Positions 39,228 through 53,300 of a stretch of 63,823 nucleotides of DNA are shown here, piece by piece. Made by a program: the position numbers and the translations under genes. Each line of letters starts with the position of its first letter. Position 1 is the stretch's first letter. The notes beneath the pieces are model-generated. The model made no database searches. It saw only the letters and a list, made by a program, of their open reading frames with translations, and was not told the origin of the DNA. The stretch is taken from positions 124,001 to 187,823 of the forward strand of contig OZ237777.1 in the NCBI GenBank assembly GCA_965178125.1, read 5' to 3'. Source of the stretch: Bilabrum cf. latius (taxonomy: Eukaryota).

Positions 39228-40117
39228 CAAATCAATCATGTTCTGTCCGGGGGCAAGCTCGGATACTGAAAGCCCAAGAACGGCAAGGGTTTGACTGCCT
39301 CGACCAGCTCCCTGAACCGGCCTCAACCGCGGTCATGGGTGTGACTACCAAATCTCGATCACAGCTAGTGAATGACGCTCGCTCAAAGACACGCTCAAAC
39401 CCCATTCGATAGCATCAGCGTACCTCACCGGCCCGCACGCTCGTGCACCTGTACGGATTTCGATCCACGTGACAGGCCCGGACACGCCCGCGCAGGCACG
39501 CACCAGGGTACCTCACCGGCGTCCACGCCCGTGCAGGCCACGCTCGTGCAGGCCACGCTCGTGCAGGCCACGCTCGTGCAGCAAAGCCGTGCACGTGCAC
39601 CCACAAGGTCCCGCCAAGGTGGGCACAGGCACGGACGCTCTAGGGGCCGTGTGCCTTGCTCCATGCGTTGCCACCACTCTCTAGGTACCCATGTCACACA
39701 GCTGTTGTGGAGTCACTTCCCGCAGCCGATCCCGGAAGGCCTGATGGAAGCCCCGGCCCAGGGTGCACGCAAAGGCAGGACTCGAGCGCGAACCCATGGA
39801 GGCGGTCACGTCTATCATCGCGACCTGGCCAAACGAACCCCAGACCGCCCCCGCTTCAGTGAGGTCGGTAGGGAGCAACCGAAAGAACTTGCTTCAGTCC
39901 TGCACGAACAACGTGAACTCAGCCGGCTCACCCCACCGCAGGCATGCCGCCTCCATGGCCCGGAGCTTGGAACCGAGCACGTCGATGCGGCCCATGACAG
40001 CCTCCGCGTACGGCTCCGGGTTGATCTGCCGATTGGGGCCCTGCCGCAGACCCGAGGAGTCAAATGCCGACATGTCCGTGATGCTCCGTGAACCAGCACC
40101 GTGGGCTTTGGGGATCA

Positions 40118-40726
40118 TGTTATATGTACTCGGACATCAGGATGGAAGCAACGGGGAGCAGAGGTGAGACGGAAGACGAGGCGGGAGGACAGGAGGTGGA
40201 GAAGAAGAGGGGGACACCGGCACAGGCGACGACAGTGCGGTGTCAACAGGGAGAACACAACGGGAGGAATGGGGGCTCCAGGTGCAAGGCACGAGGGAGA
40301 CGCGGGTGGCAGCGGACTGCATGGCCAGCAGCACACAGAAGGCCAACAGGTGGGTGGACAGATGGGGCGCACGGCAGGTCGGCCAGGACCGGCGCGTGCA
40401 AGCTGAAAGGATAGGGCCAAGGTGGCGATGCTGGGAGCAAAGCACACGGTCCCTAGGGCGGGGAACAGGAACAGGAAGCCATGTGGCGACGAGGCCAGTC
40501 GGGTGCATGGGGAAAGTGGTGTGTACATTCGTAGTGTCAGATGAATACCGCATTCAGGTGGACCGGTGAAGAACCAGTCGTTCGGGGTGAAGCCCAGTGG
40601 GTCCGCGGGACCGGGGGCAGGAATTTTTCTTTTTGGTAACTGCCAACCAGTGGGGTTTGCAGCAGCCGTGAAGATGAGCCAATGGGTGTGGTTGAAGGAA
40701 CAAATCTGATCTGTAGTCTAGGTTCA
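40118..40726 (+). mobile_element. 609-bp non-coding derivative of the tyrosine-recombinase retroelement
   Basis: Termini TGTTATATGTAC...CTGTAGTCTAGGTTCA are shared with 56577-57259 and 58860-61389. Positions 40400-40726 are nearly identical to the reverse complement of 58860-59185. Confidence 0.9.
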
Positions 40727-41395
40727 TGATGGTAGGACTCGCGCGGCAGCGAGGAGCCACCGCCCCGGGCACCGCGATCCGCCACCCGCGGCCAAGGGCC
40801 AGACCCCCTTCAAGGAGCTGTTCCCCTGACGAGCTGCCGGAACCACCATGGGCCGGGACCGGAGCAGGCAATGGCGAACCATCCAAACACAGAGGGGCAC
40901 CCCAGAGCCGAATGGCCACGGCTGTCTCCCCATCCGACAGCGACTTCCACCCACCAGCCATCATCGGCGGCCCATCCAGCAGCGGAAATAACGGATCCAT
41001 CTCCAGGCCATCTCCATCGTACACCGACGACCAAGAGGATCGGCAGCCGCCACAGCAACGTCAGCGTCGAGCGGATGCGTGAAGCGGCCGTGCACACCCA
41101 GCCGTGGAGGACACTCTTGGCTCTCCGGGCCACCGGCGGTCCACCGTGACAACCGAGGATGATGACGAGGCTCCGGAGCTTCGTGCCACGGCACTGGTAC
41201 AACGTCGCGGCGATCGAGGCCGGCGCCGAGCCAGCTGCGGATCTGACCTTGGCTGAATGGGGACCACGGCGAGGGCGCCTGACGACGCCGAGGCAAGCGA
41301 GTCCGCAGCACGCGCGCAGCGCACGGAGCGAGAACCGCCGCGCGACGCCGCCCCTAACACGCCTGCCAGGTAAGACCACCCGAGGCCCGCCGATC

Positions 41396-42613
41396 ACCAG
41401 CACCAGCACCAGCCCCAGCACCAGCACCAGCACCAGCACCAGCACCAGCACCAGCACCAGCACCAGCACCAGCACCAGCACCAGCACCAGCACCAGCACC
41501 AGCACCAGCACCAGCACCAGCACCAGCACCAGCACCAGCACCAGCACCAGCACCAGCACCAGCACCAGCACCAGCACCAGCACCAGCACCAGCACCAGCA
41601 CCAGCACCAGCACCAGCACCAGCACCAGCACCAGCACCAGCACCAGCACCAGCACCAGCACCAGCCCCAGCGCCAGCACCAGCCCCAGCACCAGCACCAG
41701 CACCAGCACCAGCACCAGCACCAGCACCAGCACCAGCACCAGCCCCAGCACTAGCACCAGCACTAGCACCAGCAACAGCACCAACACCAGCACCAGCCCC
41801 AGCCCCAGCACCAGCCCCAGCACCAGCACCAGCACCAGCACCAGCACCAGCACCAGCACCAGCACCAGCACCAGCACCAGCACCAGCACCAGCACCAGCA
41901 CCAGCACCAGCACCAGCCCCAGCACCAGCACCAGCACCAGCACCAGCACCAGCACCAGCACCAGCACCAGCACCAGCACCAGCACCAGCACCAGCACCAG
42001 CACCAGCACCAGCACCAGCACCAGCACCAGCACCAGCACCAGCCCCAGCACCAGCACCAGCACCAGCACCAGCACCAGCACCAGCACCAGCACCAGCACC
42101 AGCACCAGCCCCAGCGCCAGCACCAGCACCAGCACCAGCACCAGCACCAGCACCAGCACCAGCACCAGCACCAGCACCAGCACCAGCACCAGCACCAGCA
42201 CCAGCACCAGCACCAGCACCAGCACTAGCACCAGCACCAGCACCAGCACCAGCACCAGCCCCAGCACCAGCACCAGCCCCAGCCCCAGCACCAGCACCAG
42301 CACCAGCACCAGCACCAGCACCAGCACCAGCACCATCACCAGCACCAGCACCAGCACCAGCACCAGCACCAGCACCATCACCAGCACCAGCACCAGCACC
42401 AGCACCAGCACCAGCACCAGCCCCAGCACCAGCACCAGCACCAGCACCAGCACCAGCACCAGCACCAGCACCAGCACCAGCACCAGCACCAGCCCCAGCC
42501 CCAGCACCAGCACCAGCACCAGCACCAGCACCAGCCCCAGCACCAGCACCAGCCCCAGCACCAGCACCAGCACCAGCACCAGCACCAGCACCAGCACCAG
42601 CACCAGCACCAGC
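41396..42613. repeat. (ACCAGC)n hexamer tract, about 203 units, with CCCAGC/ACTAGC/ACCATC variants
   Basis: Directly visible; it generates the TS, AG, LV and WC dipeptide ORFs. Confidence 0.98.
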
Positions 42614-45600
42614 CCGCCCAATAGCACCACACCGCCACGAAGCAGCCCCGAGGAGCGGGTCCGGACCCATCCTGCCCTCGAGGCCACCTCGCCCACCCCC
42701 GCCGCGCCCCTCCGCATAGAGTCCCGACGTACGACCACCCGCTGGGCCACCACCCGGCCCCCCGCACCTGAAAAACACCGCTCCCTCCCACCGGAATGAG
42801 AACGCCAGGACGACGCCTGCCGCCCACTCCGAGTCGTCTCTGCACCTGATGCCGCACCACTTGCGAGTGTGGCCGACCGTCCTGCCTATCCGCCCGACGT
42901 AACCTTCTGCAGCCGTGCCCCTGCACGCACTGGCCTACCAACCTACTACCAAGAATGTATCTGCACCCCCGCCTGCCCTGCCCGGCCTGTCGACTCAGAC
43001 CGATACAGAGCCCTTCCCTGTGAATGCGCAGGCCCCCGAACCGAGCCCTCGCCCTTCCCCACCGACCGTGCGCACCGCCTCCCACCCGGAGAGACAGAGC
43101 CACACGCGGGGGCCCAGGAACACGAGACCTGCGTCATCCCGTCAGCCCCTGGACCCCCAACCGATTAGGTATGGGAAGGGGACCCAGGGAACAGCGCGTC
43201 CCACCGGCATTTCGACTCCGAGTCGCGCCGCGATGCCTCCGTGCGCTTCCGAACTGCCACGTCGCCGAGAACACCGGCATCACCAGCTGCCTGCACGGCG
43301 TCCGCCCCATGCAGACCCCACGAAGGGAACACCAGCCGGCGGGTCGAAGTCATCTCCGAGCCAGAGGAAGGAGAAGGAGAGCCGGACTCCCATTCCTCGA
43401 ACACGCGGACCCAGCCACCACCAAGACGGCGGACATTTTGCCATTGAGGTTGGGCAGGCGGACAGCGCCTCGGTACGAATGGCATCCCAAGCAAGCGAGA
43501 CCATGGCCGAGGCAGCCGCCTGCGAGGCCCCCTTGCCCCCCCGGGAGCCATACAAAGCCACCAACCCTGCCCACGCCTGGGCACGATGACCCGCTCGCGA
43601 ATCACGGTACAGCCGGCCCCGCAAGGCGTCGGTCAGCCGGCGCAGACCAATACCGCTGGCCTTGAACACCGCGCCAGCCCGCAGCACCCCCGCCCACTGA
43701 CTCGTCCGATGCAACACCGACACCGCCAACCAAGGCGCCAGCTGGTCGCCCCCCAGCAGATGCAACTAGGCATGGGGATGGGCCTCCTTGACCAGAGCAC
43801 GACACGCCCGCACGAGATTGCCCGACGTCATGCCATGCACCGCCCCAGCGGCGCCACCCGTGGCCCCCACACACTCCCCCAGGAGAGTGGCACTGAGCGC
43901 CATGCTCACATCCAAGGCCTGCTCCCCGAGCACCGCCTGCCCATCGGCCTCCAACCCCGCCTGCATGAACCCCCAAAACACCTCCTTGACCCCGGCCACC
44001 GTCAATTTCGGAACCTCAGACTCATCCGCCGTGACGCCCTGCAGGGACCAAGCCGAGGAAGAAGCAACCCAATGACCCCACCGATCATCTTCTCCTCCAC
44101 CATTTCCTCCCCCGTTCCGTTGAACCGTCGTCCCCCCCTCCCTTTTCTCTACCCTCCCCCCCCTAGCAGCCCTCTCTCTCTCTCTCTCTCTCGCACTCCT
44201 CCGCATCGCTACGTCGCATCCGATCCTGCTCCTCGAGCGGGTCCTGCGCCCACCGCGCGACCTCAATCTCAGAGACCTTGCTGGCCTCACCAACATAGGC
44301 AGGAAGATAAACTAGAATAGGCGCGTGTTTCCGTGAGTTCAGTCCAGAAGCTCGTCCCTGCGATGGAGACCTGCTCAGATCTGACATCGCACCGCACTAG
44401 ATCTAGCTTGCTCTACAATCCCCCTGCTGCCTGTATCACGTACACGGTTTGCCCCGTCCTCAGATCGCTCACGGGGAGCGAAGGTATAACCTAACGGTGC
44501 AGACCGTGCAAAGGTGATGGATCTGTGGCATACGCTTAGCACTTGGGGCACTCGGACCGGTGCATACGAGCCACCTGGGCCATACAGCAACACTCACTCA
44601 CGATAATCCGGTACGTATGACTAGGTTGATCTGCCTCATCCGAGCCCTGAAGTTGAGCATTAGCGAGACTCAGGCTGCCGCATGAAAGATGGCATGGCTT
44701 GCATGGCGCACCTCTGTTGCGGTCATCTCATCCATCTCGTCCGCGTTGTAACGTTCCTATATTCTACGCCTTAAACTATACGTTCATCCTTACCACGTCC
44801 TGCGACTTTTCGACTCGCCCGAGCGCTGTGGCCAGCGTGTGCCCAGCGCGCCCCCTTAGCGGTGCAAGACGCAAATCTGGTTGGATTTTTTTCTCTCAGA
44901 GTACAGAATCAAGTAAACCAAATGGTAAAATACAATCATATAAACTATAGTCTTAGCAAATCGGATTTACAACTGGCGATATAGCCAACCATTCCACAAA
45001 AAAGAGGTAAAAAAGCGACTCCTGTCAGGCCTTGCCATCATCACTCGATTTGTGCCAATACAGGATATAAGACAAACACTACGATTATTTGAGTAATTTT
45101 TAAGCCAATACCGCCCATGAACTTGAGTAATTCCGCACAAAACCGTGGTTTGCGATAAAAGTGGCCCTACACGACTTCTCTTGACGCAGCGCTAAGTCCC
45201 AGGCCAACAACGAAGGCCTACATGAACCGTAGTACAAGTGAGCACATATTCAAATAAAGCCTGAAAAGCAATCAATGTGGATTCAGGGTGAGGGTTCTTT
45301 GCTGACTTGGTACTTGCATATAATTATTAGCTCGAGAGAGAGAGTAAATATTGTTACGGAGCCACTCCGCCGGTCCCAACTTAGAGGTGCAAGCCCCTCG
45401 TTGGTACAGAGGCCCTAAATGCTGCAACATCCAAGTCAAAACCCCTCACTGGAATCCACCATAGTCTGCTTGCCGCGGCTACAAATCCCCCGCCTGCTTT
45501 CCAGCTCATCCACCCCCATGATCAATATCCATCACGTGTGAGCGTGCACGCTAGCCATCCGTCCCACCCACAGGCTGCCCGCAGCAGCTATGTAGCAGCA

Positions 45601-45769
45601 GCTATGTGGTAATGGAATCGTCATCATCTACCCCAGATTCGTAGACCGCAAACATAGTGGTCGAGTCACTCATTCAGGCTGTCACATTCACACGCGGTGC
45701 CTATTCGATTCCTAAATCTGGCCGCCATCGGACCTGCTGCTACTGGTCCTTGTCAAACTTGCTCAGCGC

Positions 45770-45883
45770 ATGTAGACAGCCAGCTTGTGGTGTTGGGAAG
45801 TAGAGCGACGGGGAACAGGACCTGGGGTAGACTCCCGCCGCAGAGTCACCTGGTCCGCTGGGTCGCCTCCCGCGACCCTTGCC
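45770..45883 (-). mobile_element. Diverged LINE family B fragment abutting the satellite
   Basis: Aligns with 2400-2515 and with the reverse complement of about 38680-38795. Confidence 0.75.
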
Positions 45884-45889
45884 ACCAGC

Positions 45890-48800
45890 TCACCCAGGCC
45901 CGCCAGGCTGGCTTCCACAACAAGGCGGCCACTGGCAGGCGCACACAAGCGCCATATACACCCAGCAAGCTCGAGTCTATCCACTAGACGATGCGAAGCA
46001 AACCCGCCCAGGCCCGCCAGGCTGGCTTCCACAGCAAGGCAGCCACTGGCAGGCGCATACCAGCGACAAGATGATGCGAAGCAAACCCGCCCAGGCGCGC
46101 CAGGCTGACTTCCACAGCAAGGCGGCCATTGGCAGGCGCATACCAGCGACAAGATGATGCGAAGCAAACCCGCCCAGGCGCGCCAGGCTGACTTCCACAG
46201 CAAGGCGGCCATTGGCAGGCGCATACCAGCGACAAGACGACGCGAAGCAAACCCGCCCAGGCGCGCCAGGCTGGCTTCCACAACAAGACAGCCACTGGCA
46301 GGCGCACACAAGCGCCATCCACACCCAGCAAGCTCGAGTCTGTCCACTAGACGACGCGAAGCAAACCCGCCCAGGCGCGCCAGGCTGGCTTCCACAACAA
46401 GACAGCCACTGGCAGGCGCACACAAGCGCCATCCACACCCAGCAAGCTCGAGTCTATCCACTAGACGATGCGAAGCAAACCCGCCCAGGCGCGCCAGGCT
46501 GACTTCCACAGCAAGGCGGCCATTGGCAGGCGCATACCAGCGACAAGATGATGCGAAGCAAACCCGCCCAGGCGCGCCAGGCTGACTTCCACAGCAAGGC
46601 GGCCATTGGCAGGCGCATACCAGCGACAAGATGATGCGAAGCAAAACCGCCCAGGCGCGCCAGGCTGGCTTCCACAGCAAGGCAGCCATTGGCAGGCGCA
46701 TACCAGCGACAAGATGATGCGAAGCAAACCCGCCCAGGCGCGCCAGGCTGACTTCCACAGCAAGGCGGCCATTGGCAGGCGCATACCAGCGACAAGATGA
46801 TGCGAAGCAAACCCGCCCAGGCGCGCCAGGCTGACTTCCACAGCAAGGCGGCCATTGGCAGGCGCATACCAGCGACAAGATGATGCGAAGCAAAACCGCC
46901 CAGGCGCGCCAGGCTGACTTCCACAGCAAGGCAGCCATTGGCAGGCGCATACCAGCGACAAGATGATGCGAAGCAAACCCGCCCAGGCGCGCCAGGCGGA
47001 CTTCCACAGCAAGGCGGCCATTGGCAGGCGCATACCAGCGACAAGATGATGCGAAGCAAACCCGCCCAGGCGCGCCAGGCTGACTTCCACAGCAAGGCGG
47101 CCATTGGCAGGCGCATACCAGCGACAAGACGACGCGAAGCAAACCCGCCCAGGCTCGCCAGGCTGGCTTCCACAACAAGACAGCCACTGGCAGGCGCACA
47201 CAAGCGCCATCCACACCCAGCAAGCTCGAGTCTGTCCACTAGACGACGCGAAGCAAACCCGCCCAGGCGCGCCAGGCTGGCTTCCACAACAAGGCAGCCA
47301 CTGGCAGGCGCATACCAGCGACAAGACGACGCGAAGCAAACCCGCCCAGGCGCGCCAGGCTGACTTCCACAGCAAGGCGGCCATTGGCAGGCGCATACCA
47401 GCGACAAGACGACGCGAAGCAAACCCGCCCAGGCGCGCCAGGCTGGCTTCCACAGCAAGGCAGCCACTGGCAGGCGCACACAAGCGCCATCCACACCCAG
47501 CAAGCTCGAGTCTGTCCACTAGACGACGCGAAGCAAACCCGCCCAGGCGCGCCAGGCTGGCTTCCACAACAAGGCAGCCACTGGCAGGCGCACACAAGCG
47601 CCATCCACACCCAGCAAGCTCGAGTCTGTCCACTAGACGATGCGAAGCAAACCCGCACAGGCGCGCCAGGCTGACTTCCACAGCAAGGCGGCCATTGGCA
47701 GGCGCATACCAGCGACAAGATGATGCGAAGCAAACCCGCCCAGGCGCGCCAGGCTGACTTCCACAGCAAGGCAGCCATTGGCAGGCGCATACCAGCGACA
47801 AGATGATGCGAAGCAAACCCGCCCAGGCGCGCCAGGCTGACTTCCACAGCAAGGCGGCCACTGGCAGGCGCATACCAGCGACAAGATGATGCGAAGCAAA
47901 CCCGCCCAGGCGCGCCAGGCTGGCTTCCACAACAAGACAGCCACTGGCAGGCGCATACCAGCGACAAGATGATGCGAAGCAAACCCGCCCAGGCGCGCCA
48001 GGCTGACTTCCACAGCAAGGCAGCCATTGGCAGGCGCATACCAGCGACAAGATGATGCGAAGCAAAACCGCCCAGGCGCGCCAGGCTGACTTCCACAGCA
48101 AGGCGGCCATTGGCAGGCGCATACCAGCGACAAGATGATGCGAAGCAAACCCGCCCAGGCGCGCCAGGCTGGCTTCCACAGCAAGGCAGCCATTGGCAGG
48201 CGCATACCAGCGACAAGATGATGCGAAGCAAACCCGCCCAGGCGCGCCAGGCGGACTTCCACAGCAAGGCGGCCATTGGCAGGCGCATACCAGCGACAAG
48301 ACGACGCGAAGCAAACCCGCCCAGGCGCGCCAGGCTGGCTTCCACAGCAAGGCAGCCATTGGCAGGCGCATACCAGCGACAAGATGATGCGAAGCAAACC
48401 CGCCCAGGCGCGCCAGGCTGACTTCCACAGCAAGGCGGCCATTGGCAGGCGCATACCAGCGACAAGACGACGCGAAGCAAACCCGCCCAGGCGCGCCAGG
48501 CTGACTTCCACAGCAAGGCGGCCATTGGCAGGCGCATACCAGCGACAAGATGATGCGAAGCAAACCCGCCCAGGCGCGCCAGGCTGACTTCCACAACAAG
48601 GCAGCCACTGGCAGGCGCATACCAGCGACAAGATGATGCGAAGCAAACCCGCCCAGGCGCGCCAGGCTGACTTCCACAGCAAGGCGGCCATTGGCAGGCG
48701 CATACCAGCGACAAGATGATGCGAAGCAAACCCGCCCAGGCGCGCCAGGCTGACTTCCACAGCAAGGCGGCCATTGGCAGGCGCATACCAGCGACAAGAC

Positions 48801-50150
48801 GACGCGAAGCAAACCCGCCCAGGCGCGCCAGGCTGGCTTCCACAACAAGACAGCCACTGGCAGGCGCACACAAGCGCCATCCACACCCAGCAAGCTCGAG
48901 TCTGTCCACTAGACGACGCGAAGCAAACCCGCCCAGGCGCGCCAGGCTGACTTCCACAACAGGACAGCCACTGGCAGGCGCACACAAGCGCCATCCACAC
49001 CCAGCAAGCTCGAGTCTGTCCACTAGACGATGCGAAGCAAACCCGCACAGGCGCGCCAGGCTGACTTCCACAGCAAGGCGGCCATTGGCAGGCGCATACC
49101 AGCGACAAGATGATGCGAAGCAAACCCGCCCAGGCGCGCCAGGCTGACTTCCACAACAAGGCAGCCACTGGCAGGCGCATACCAGCGACAAGATGATGCG
49201 AAGCAAACCTGCCCAGGCCCGCCAGGCTGGCTTCCACAACAAGGCAGCCACTGGCAGGCGCACACAAGCGCCATCCACACCCAGCAAGCTCGAGTCTGTC
49301 CACTAGACGACGCGAAGCAAACCCGCCCAGGCGCGCCAGGCTGACTTCCACAGCAAGGCGGCCATTGGCAGGCGCATACCAGCGACAAGACGACGCGAAG
49401 CAAACCCGCCCAGGCGCGCCAGGCTGGCTTCCACAACAAGACAGCCACTGGCAGGCGCACACAAGCGCCATCCACACCCAGCAAGCTCGAGTCTGTCCAC
49501 TAGACGACGCGAAGCAAACCCGCCCAGGCGCGCCAGGCTGACTTCCACAGCAAGGCGGCCATTGGCAGGCGCACACAAGCGACAAGATGATGCGAAGCAA
49601 ACCCGCCCAGGCGCGCCAGGCTGGCTTCCACAACAAGGCAGCCACTGGCAGGCGCACACAAGCGCCATCCACACCCAGCAAGCTCGAGTCTGTCCACTAG
49701 ACGATGCGAAGCAAACCCGCACAGGCGCGCCAGGCTGACTTCCACAGCAAGGCGGCCATTGGCAGGCGCATACCAGCGACAAGATGATGCGAAGCAAACC
49801 CGCCCAGGCGCGCCAGGCTGACTTCCACAGCAAGGCAGCCATTGGCAGGCGCATACCAGCGACAAGATGATGCGAAGCAAAACCGCCCAGGCGCGCCAGG
49901 CTGACTTCCACAGCAAGGCGGCCATTGGCAGGCGCATACCAGCGACAAGACGACGCGAAGCAAACCCGCCCAGGCGCGCCAGGCTGACTTCCACAGCAAG
50001 GCGGCCATTGGCAGGCGCATACCAGCGACAAGATGATGCGAAGCAAACCCGCCCAGGCGCGCCAGGCTGACTTCCACAGCAAGGCGGCCATTGGCAGGCG
50101 CATACCAGCGACAAGATGATGCGAAGCAAACCGGCCCAGGCTCGCCAGGC
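45890..50150. repeat. Satellite array of interspersed 83-bp and 114-bp units (roughly 45-50 units)
   Basis: Common core GCGAAGCAAACCCGCCCAGGCGCGCCAGGCTG...TGGCAGGCGCA followed by either TACCAGCGACAAGATGAT (83 bp) or CACAAGCGCCATCCACACCCAGCAAGCTCGAGTCTGTCCACTAGACGAC (114 bp). Confidence 0.97.
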
Positions 50151-50364
50151 TAAGTACTACAGCAAGGTGGCCTGATTGGTATACGTCGAGATCTAATGTC
50201 TTATCCGTGGCGTCGTCTTGTTTGTCTCCCCAGTCTGCCATTAGATTTCTCACTCTCATGTTGCAATGCATGCGTGCCGCGCTTTTGTCCAACCACATCT
50301 GCAACCACATCCTATCGTTCGTAGAATAGCTGCGAATGGGGACGGAGTAGAATTTGTGATGGAA

Positions 50365-53300
50365 TCAAAAGTTTATGAAGGAATATTTAACGTGGCGTGC
50401 CTGCATGCAGGCCGGATTTCTTTGTCTTACAACGTATGCCTTCTGGCTCATCGCTTCTGCTTCCTCGCATGATTCTATACAAGCGTCGCTGCAACGATAC
50501 CATTGTCTTCGCTTTAGCAGGTATGCGACGTAGTGGCCGGAGCCGACCTCTGCGCCTTCATGGACAACGAAGGAGCGAAGTTTGTACTTCACCTTATCGC
50601 CGCTTGTGGACTCAGGCGCAGATGATGAGCCACCTGCGTCACCTGATGACGCCATCGGCAAAACAAGCAACTCACTAAAATCAACGGGTGCTTCATTTTT
50701 GTGGTAGACGGGGGCAGTCTGAGAAGAAGCAGAAGATGCAGCACCACTACGTCGACCCGAGCTGATCACGGGGAATGCTGCAGAATCAGCTTGAAAGCGA
50801 AGCAAATGTAGGACAAGGACATCCGGATGTCCGCGTATTTGTGATTGTGTACACGCCGATCCTGCTGACTTCCTGCTAGCGAACCTGCACGATTCACACT
50901 TATACTCAACCTACTCCGGCTCGAAATATTGGTCGAGTAGTCGCTGCACGGTCAATCTGCTTTCACTACTAGACGGCAGCTACAGCGGCAACATAGGGAT
51001 TCTATTCGATTTTTCCGAGCAGCAGTTGCACGCAAAGTGCTGGCACCGTGTTTCAATGCACAGTTCGAACGTAACCACTGGAGCTACCGCGTGCAGAAAA
51101 TGATTAAGTACCTCCGTGCAGTCCTGCTAGTGTGTGTTGCCTTTAAACTACAGCCGGTCCCGGATTGATGGCAGAGCAGGGATACTTGACGAAACAAGGA
51201 ATGGAACGCACTTGGACAATGCCACTACGCGTAGAAGAGCAGCAGCGCGATCTATGAGAGGTTGGTCCAACGCCTGATCCTATGCAGCAGCGGCACTTGA
51301 GCTCGAAGATGCTGATTGTTGACTCGATGCATGGGTTGACATCGTAGGGATGGACAACATCGTAGTAGCACTAGCACCGGCAACCGGTCCAGCACTACGA
51401 ATAGAAGGACGCCAATCTGTAGCAGCAGGATCAGAAGGAGGACCGGCACCAGCTCCGGAAGCCGGCATAGCTTGATCACGATCTTCATGCTACAATGCAT
51501 CACGGATGCAGGTCACGAGCACCTTACTGCACTGTAAAAGTGCCTATAGAGGCGCGTTAAGGTAGCAAGTGTTGCCGTCGTTTTGGATGCCACGAGTCAC
51601 AGCGCCATCAACAGCATGCTCGTACCCTTCGTCGATGCGTTCAACTAACGATCGCACGGAATTGATGAAACGTGGACGTCTACCAGGGCCAGTCCGCAGT
51701 GACTTTACTAAACTTCCTGTCACATCCATTGGCTTGTCGTATTCATCAACACGCTCTTCTATGAATAGCGCACTCGAAGTTGCCGACGAAGGCGCCATAT
51801 TGGTGCAAACCAGCGGCCAATCCTCCAGTCGGATTGGCCCTTGAGGCTCCGCCGCCGTTGTTTGCTGCGTATCCAATCGTTGCGCTGTGCCGATCCGCGA
51901 GTCATCAAGCAGATTGAGACGTTTGGCAGACTAATACGCAGCCATCAGGAGAGGGCGACTTTTCCAAAAAGCAGGCAAGCTACCGAGTTTAAACGAGCCA
52001 TCAGTCAATTCGTCTGTCACAAACGACTGCATCAGCTAGCTGGCGCCGGCAGTAACAAATGCGGCCTTGGTTGCCTCGCTCCAGTGGCCCGTAGTTGTGA
52101 AAGGTGACACATCAAATAGCTTCCGTTTGATGGCATAAGCCAGCATTGCCGCCCTCACCAAACCAACCTTTGGCTTGTTGTACTTACGAAATAGATCCGC
52201 TTGGTCGCGAAACTTCAGGGCGAGCTTGTCAACGAGTTCGTGTGCGCGATAATCAACTTGACCGAGATTGTGTTCTATGAAACCATCCCGATCTGCTGTG
52301 ACCGTGGAGTCTAGACCAATATCCGTTGCATGCAAGGGTGGGTGGCTACTTGATGACTCCTACAGCGCTGCCAGTCCCTCGGCTACCTGCATTACATGAT
52401 CTGCAAACTATGTTCCCGCATCACGAGCAGCATCGCGCGATTCGCGAACAGCATGCCAGCTTCGGACCTCAATCAAGAGCCGTTTCCGCTTCGCATCGCT
52501 AGGATATAGTCGTTTTGTAGCCCACTGTGTAGGAATAGAACTCGTATCAGTCTTTTCGGGTTGCAGTGGAGCCGGACACAATTGAACCGATGCATCAGAA
52601 GCCCAGCTATCGATCACCGCTTCGTTGCTTTTGAAGTTCAATTTCATCAGAGCGGCCAGCCTCGACAAATTTGGAGCTGCTATCAGAGGCGTGGTCGACC
52701 GACGACCAGATATGATGGGGCCTGCATCCTCCTGCTAGTGTGCTGCAGAAGCGCTCGATATCCGCCCACAGTCGTACTGGATCAACGATCCAAACACGAT
52801 GTTTGCAACATCAGTACTATCGCCGATTTTGAGACAGAAAAAGTCGTCAGATGAAGGCGTTATTGGAATGACCTATGCACCGATGGATCTCTCTTTGTGA
52901 ATCAATGCTAGGGCAGCGATCCCTACACCACGTCGAGATTCGTGCGACATAGACAGCTCTCTCCCGATGTCAAGCTAATTGGCGGATCCAACAAGACAAG
53001 AGGCCGTGTTTGGAATCACTACAGCACCGCACTTCTGGAGAACGCGCTCTATCCCAATGGCTATCTAGTCCCTGCTATAGCTAGCAAGCAACAGACGATA
53101 AATTGCGCAGGATAGACTAGGCACTGCTGTGTCTACCTGTCGGCGAGCCCCGAGGCCAGCCGGAGTTTTCAGACGCTTGCTGATCTCGCACAATGTCCAT
53201 AATCCAGACTCAATGCTCAGTGCAGCCTGCATTGATGAAAGACGAATAAGCTACACTCCGGTCAGGGCATAACAGGGAAACTTCCTAACGATGGTCATCA

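Larger units (their letters stand above)
39400..44310 (-). mobile_element. Unclassified GC-rich element with decayed minus-strand ORF(s); hosts the 609-bp insertion and the hexamer tract
   Basis: ORFs 43766..44296 and 43280..43765 fuse through TAG. ORFs 40554..41024 and 39894..40118 rejoin once 40118-40726 is removed. One end coincides with the dispersed repeat also found at 9897-9990. No catalytic motif recognised. Confidence 0.4.

Noticed and set aside
40118-40726. Solo LTR of a Gypsy/Copia element with a 5-bp TCATG target-site duplication
   Set aside because: The TG and TCA belong to the element termini in the other copies, relatives carry a tyrosine recombinase and DIRS-like RT, and the empty-site comparison shows no duplication.
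45890-50150. CRISPR array or long repeat proteins (682-810 aa ORFs)
   Set aside because: There are no unique spacers and no cas genes. The 83-bp period is not a multiple of three, so the ORFs cycle through frames and are artefacts.
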